Assembly (NCBI GenBank): GCA_000934665.2
Contig: JYFJ02001671.1
Span: 1 to 64,000 of the forward strand
Direction: 5' to 3'
DNA length: 64,000 bases
Origin: Catajapyx aquilonaris
Taxonomy: Eukaryota
Below, piece after piece: positions 60,801 through 64,000 of the stretch. Under the pieces are notes generated by a model. It did not search any database. It saw nothing but the letters and a program-made list of their open reading frames with translations, and was not told the DNA's origin. The position numbers and the translations under genes were made by a program. Numbering within the stretch: the stretch's first letter is position 1; each line of letters begins with the position of its first letter.

Positions 60801-62828
60801 CAATACCATTTGGCAAGTGTGATCAGAGTTTGTGTTAATCTTGTGTGGAAACATGTCTGCTGCGAAATCTGATAGAAATGTAGTTAATGTGGTTGTAGAG
60901 TAGTTATTCTCTGTCTTGATGATGGAGGCAAATTTGATATTAGCTTTTGTCGTAACCCGTGTGATAACAGGCAAAATTTTTAACCAGATTTGGAAAAGGT
61001 GCAGTTCCATTTTGTGTAATGCTTCCCGATTCATCTAGTTGTGATTTTATTTGCAGGCTTGTTATTCATGATCCGTCTTACGTTGCCCATAAGAAAAACG
61101 CCACGGTGTGATGTTTTGGCGGAGAAGTTTGTGGCTGGTTTTTCCAAGCAGCACAGAGGCTCGTTATCGTGGCCCTAATAAAAACCCACTTGTTTTCCCG
61201 CGCACTATGCATGTCATTAGACATAATTACCGTACTCTATCAGCAAGTGGACCTTTTTTTTTTCTTTTCCTATTTTGTATGATCTCAATTCCTTCGAGAT
61301 TGTCACCTCTGCACAAAATAACAATATTTAAACCCCTTCCCGAACTAAACAATAATAATAATAATTGTTTACTTCTAGAAGGGGTTTCAATATTGTTATT
61401 TTGTGCAGAAGTGACAATCTCTCACTTTTCGGGTGTTTCTTTTGCCCTTCGAAAAGTGCGAGCGCAAGATGTGACTAGTGAAGGTTCCTTCACTAGTCAC
61501 ATCTTGCGCTCGCACTTTTTGCAGCTTTTGGAACCTATTGTTGTTCATTCAGCTCCATTGGTGCATGGCACTAACTTTTTTTCCGCATTGGGGGATATCA
61601 CAGTGTTAACGCAATGCACCACTGGTCCAGTTTATATTTTTTGGTGTATTAAACGAGAAGTTGTCTTCCATACCTGGAGATCAGAGTTGGTTTTTTTTTT
61701 TACTCCTGTGTTTTTTGGTGTGCTTTGGAACAGGATGCTTCGAAAATAGTGTACTGGGCATCTCTGAATTGTTATATTTTGTACTGTCAAATTTGTGGTA
61801 GCGAGGCATCCTGCTACAGTCCGTCACACAGTAAATGCTTTACTGTGTGATGGACTGTAGTTGCTTGTTTTTCCGCGGTCATGTTAGACCTGGGACGTAG
61901 CCAATTAACATGAACTTTCGTAACGATTAACCAGCATGCGAGTGTCCCAGATCTAATGTGCCCCGTGCACGTGATGCTTTCCGTAGAACTAGTGAAAGAT
62001 AAACAGTGGTGCATTTTCCAGTGCATTAAAAAAAAATTACATGCTTTTTGCTTTTTTTTGACTTCTTCCCCCAATTGGGTGTGTTCATATAATTAATTCC
62101 CATTATTGCCCCCAACAAAACTGGTGGACAGGGTTTTGGCAAAGCCTTTATCTTTAATCTTCTTTTCTGTCGTCTCCTCCCCACTTTTTTTTTGTTCGTT
62201 CTCTTTCGCCAACTTGAAACAACAAGGCGCACCTCGCCCCAACCTCGTTGAGTGTGCACAAGGACAAAGCGGACTTGTTCTAGGTTTAGGTTCCACTTGG
62301 CACTTGATTGTAGGAGAAGGAGGAGGAGGAGGAAGGGGGGATTAAAAAAAAAAAGAGTAACAAAATGAGAAGAAGTGTGGCTTATATAGTTGTTTAAGAA
62401 TCTACGAATCAAGCTCTCTCTTGGTCTCTCTCGTGTTGTTGTTAATTGCTACTAATCGCTGCAATAATGTCAAGTTTGGCAGCACTTTTCCCGGGGGAAA
62501 GGAAGCTCCGAAGGGGGGCCACAGTTTGCAATGTCGACTGCCTGGGGCCGTTGTTGTAAAAGCGGCAGTGGAAATTGCAAGCTGCTCGTACTGTGTTTTT
62601 TTTGGCCTGTTTGCCGTTATAGATGTTTGCAAAAATAGTAGAAGAGAGAGGGGTCCAAATAATGTGGGTGTCAAAATGTGGAGGCGATAACTATTGTCAA
62701 ATTGGGCCATTTGCAGCCGGCAGGGGGGAATGCCCCCAATACCACAGCGGGTGCAGCAAGCCATGGGACAAGCGGTGGCCAATGCAGCGGTGAATGAGTT
62801 AATGGACATGTTCGGCAGTCATAAGTAA
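48839..62828 (+). CDS. shi: Classical dynamin (shibire ortholog): GTPase, middle, PH, GED and proline-rich domains
   Basis: Exons 48839-49008, 51651-51724, 52092-52241, [53295-53498 or 53733-53936], 54327-54519, 54584-54793, 54870-55215, 55327-55484, 56892-57060, 57353-57475, 57545-57664, 59422-59625, 59691-59878, 60267-60476, 62717-62828. All are GT-AG and phase-compatible; about 876 aa. Motifs: GGQSAGKSS (G1), VTRRPL (G2), DLPG (G3), TKLD (G4), PH-domain YWFVLT and [31 protein letters not shown], and PRD. Confidence 0.97.
49548..49754. mobile_element. Tc1/mariner-type palindromic MITE, 207 bp, copy 2 (dynamin intron 1)
   Basis: TA|CAGGGTGGTCCAAGTTCAAGTGTCG...CGACACTTGAACTTGGACCACCCTG|TA; same length as the copy at 9958. 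Confidence 0.88.
49764..50924. mobile_element. ~1.16-kb foldback (long inverted repeat) element in dynamin intron 1
   Basis: Arm 49764-50311 mirrors arm 50325-50924 (AATTGAATGGCCCGCTGGAACAAAAGCCC... / ...GGGCTTTTGTTCCAGCGGGCCATTCAATT) with scattered substitutions and indels; 13-nt central spacer. Confidence 0.85.
53295..53498 (+). CDS. Dynamin exon 4a (mutually exclusive candidate)
   Basis: aacag|TTCTGAAC...CCTGATG|gtaaaa; 204 nt, phase 1-1; [68 protein letters not shown]. Confidence 0.88.
53733..53936 (+). CDS. Dynamin exon 4b (mutually exclusive candidate)
   Basis: cttttcag|TCCTGAGC...CCGCAAG|gtatct; 204 nt, phase 1-1; [68 protein letters not shown]. Confidence 0.92.
55747..55812 (+). CDS. 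Candidate 66-nt dynamin cassette exon between stalk and PH domain
   Basis: Pyrimidine-rich ...cccccactttatag|GTACGAT...ACCGG|gtgact; phase 2-2, stop-free, encodes (K)[21 protein letters not shown](G). Confidence 0.5.
57776..57781 (+). CDS. 6-nt dynamin microexon (Gly-Thr) after the PH domain
   Basis: Branch-point-like taactaac, long pyrimidine tract, ttatag|GGAACG|gtaagt; phase 0-0 matches the flanking exons. Confidence 0.7.
61452..61519. repeat. Perfect 33-bp inverted repeat with 2-nt spacer
   Basis: AAAAGTGCGAGCGCAAGATGTGACTAGTGAAGG-TT-CCTTCACTAGTCACATCTTGCGCTCGCACTTTT. Confidence 0.95.
62227..62251 (+). CDS. Candidate alternative terminal exon of dynamin (S-RTSPQPR*)
   Basis: Long pyrimidine tract ~62150-62210, then aacaag|GCGCACCTCGCCCCAACCTCGTTGA; phase 2 fits exon 60267-60476. 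The AAG acceptor is weak. Confidence 0.35.
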
Positions 62829-64000
62829 GCCCACCCCAGTGTGTCCCCCCCTTCAAAAAAATGCAATACAATCCAAATCCCCAAATCCCGTCCCCAAGAA
62901 CGAAGCTCTCTTTAGTTGGTCTGTGTCTAATCAACTCTAAAAAAAAGAAATTCCGGGGAAACTGAGAAAAAAAGTGTGAATAACTTCCTAACCTCCCCCC
63001 GATTGTGTTGTGGTTTTTTAGTCAGTTTAAAACAAATAATCTGCCTTAGGCAGGAGCATGCTGGCTTCAGTGTTTTTGGGAAAGAGCAAAAAAAAAAAAG
63101 GCGGACACTGCAATGTAAGAGCTTTGTGGTGAGGGATCTTTCTCTTTTTGCGGTAGAGCTCATGCCAAACATCTCTCGCACTCAAAATTTTTAATTCCGA
63201 TCAGTATTTAAATGCCGAGCTTGGCAGTTGCTTTTTTTTGGGGGTTTGGTTTTGTCCGTGCAGGCTTTGGGGATTTGTTAAAATGCAAGTGCGGGAAAGC
63301 ACAGGTGTAATTTTAGTGCTCTCTATTGTAATGTGTATATAATAATCGGTATGTATAATGGACAAGTAAGACAACAACTCAAAAAAAAAGAGCAAAAAAA
63401 AATGGAAAAATATTTGCCTTGCACCCGTTGTTTTTTCTTTGTCCGCTAATTAGTAACATCAGTCAATTATTAACCCAAGTAATAATGCACCTGTGCATTA
63501 AGTAGTTTTCACAATGTCATATTTATATTTTACTGTTGTAGATATTGTTAAATAACGTTAATGGTTAAGTGAAAAAAAAAGGAGACGTGGTTATGTAACG
63601 AGAGGCCCTCTCTCGATGTTAACTCCCCAAACGTTGATGTAAATTTTAAAAAGAAAAAAAAGCTTGTTGACTAATTAAGTGTGGGGGATGATGTTGAAGA
63701 AATTTATTGCCGTTTGGTTTTTCTTTGCGATTAACCGAAGCGAATTAAAACATTCCAGCTGTGTTGTAGCCTCTGTGTTTTAGAGAGAAAAAAATAAAAA
63801 AAGTAAAATATGGGAAAACGGATAATGTGAGTAGCAAGTTTAAAAAGCAAAAGGCGTCTCGCACACAGTCTAAAATAGGCTCTTAGACTCAGTATTCATT
63901 CCAAGTTTTTGTGATGCGTGTTTGCACATGATGTCTTAGGTCTGGTGATCGTTACAGTTTTTAAATTACGGTTTTAATTATTTCAGTTACCATTTTTAAA

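Noticed and set aside
61108..61749. 213-aa ORF in the dynamin 3' region
   Set aside because: GTG start, low-complexity composition, spans a palindrome, no recognisable domain.

Overview
Eukaryotic genomic DNA, most likely an arthropod (pancrustacean-like protein sequences); GT-AG introns, no prokaryotic features. The left ~34 kb holds the last five coding exons of a carbonic anhydrase-related protein gene (CARP/CA10-like, + strand). Its 21.7-kb, 8-kb and 2-kb introns are packed with MITEs, tRNA-derived SINEs, a hAT-type element, Helitron-like fragments and mini/microsatellites. The right ~22 kb is compact: TTC19 (+, 3 exons), a convergent torsin-activator LAP1/LULL1 (TOR1AIP)-like gene (-), and a classical dynamin (shibire-like, +, about 876 aa). 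The most interesting signals are in dynamin: (1) two tandem 204-nt versions of the exon encoding G3/switch II of the GTPase domain (mutually exclusive exon candidates), with an inter-exon element able to pair with either flanking intron and a long hairpin in each flanking intron; (2) a 6-nt microexon; (3) a 66-nt candidate cassette exon; (4) alternative C-termini; (5) an unusual switch-I Asn; (6) a ~1.16-kb foldback in intron 1. All annotation was done by eye; no searches or folding computations were run. Almost all ORFs in the supplied track outside these exons are spurious.
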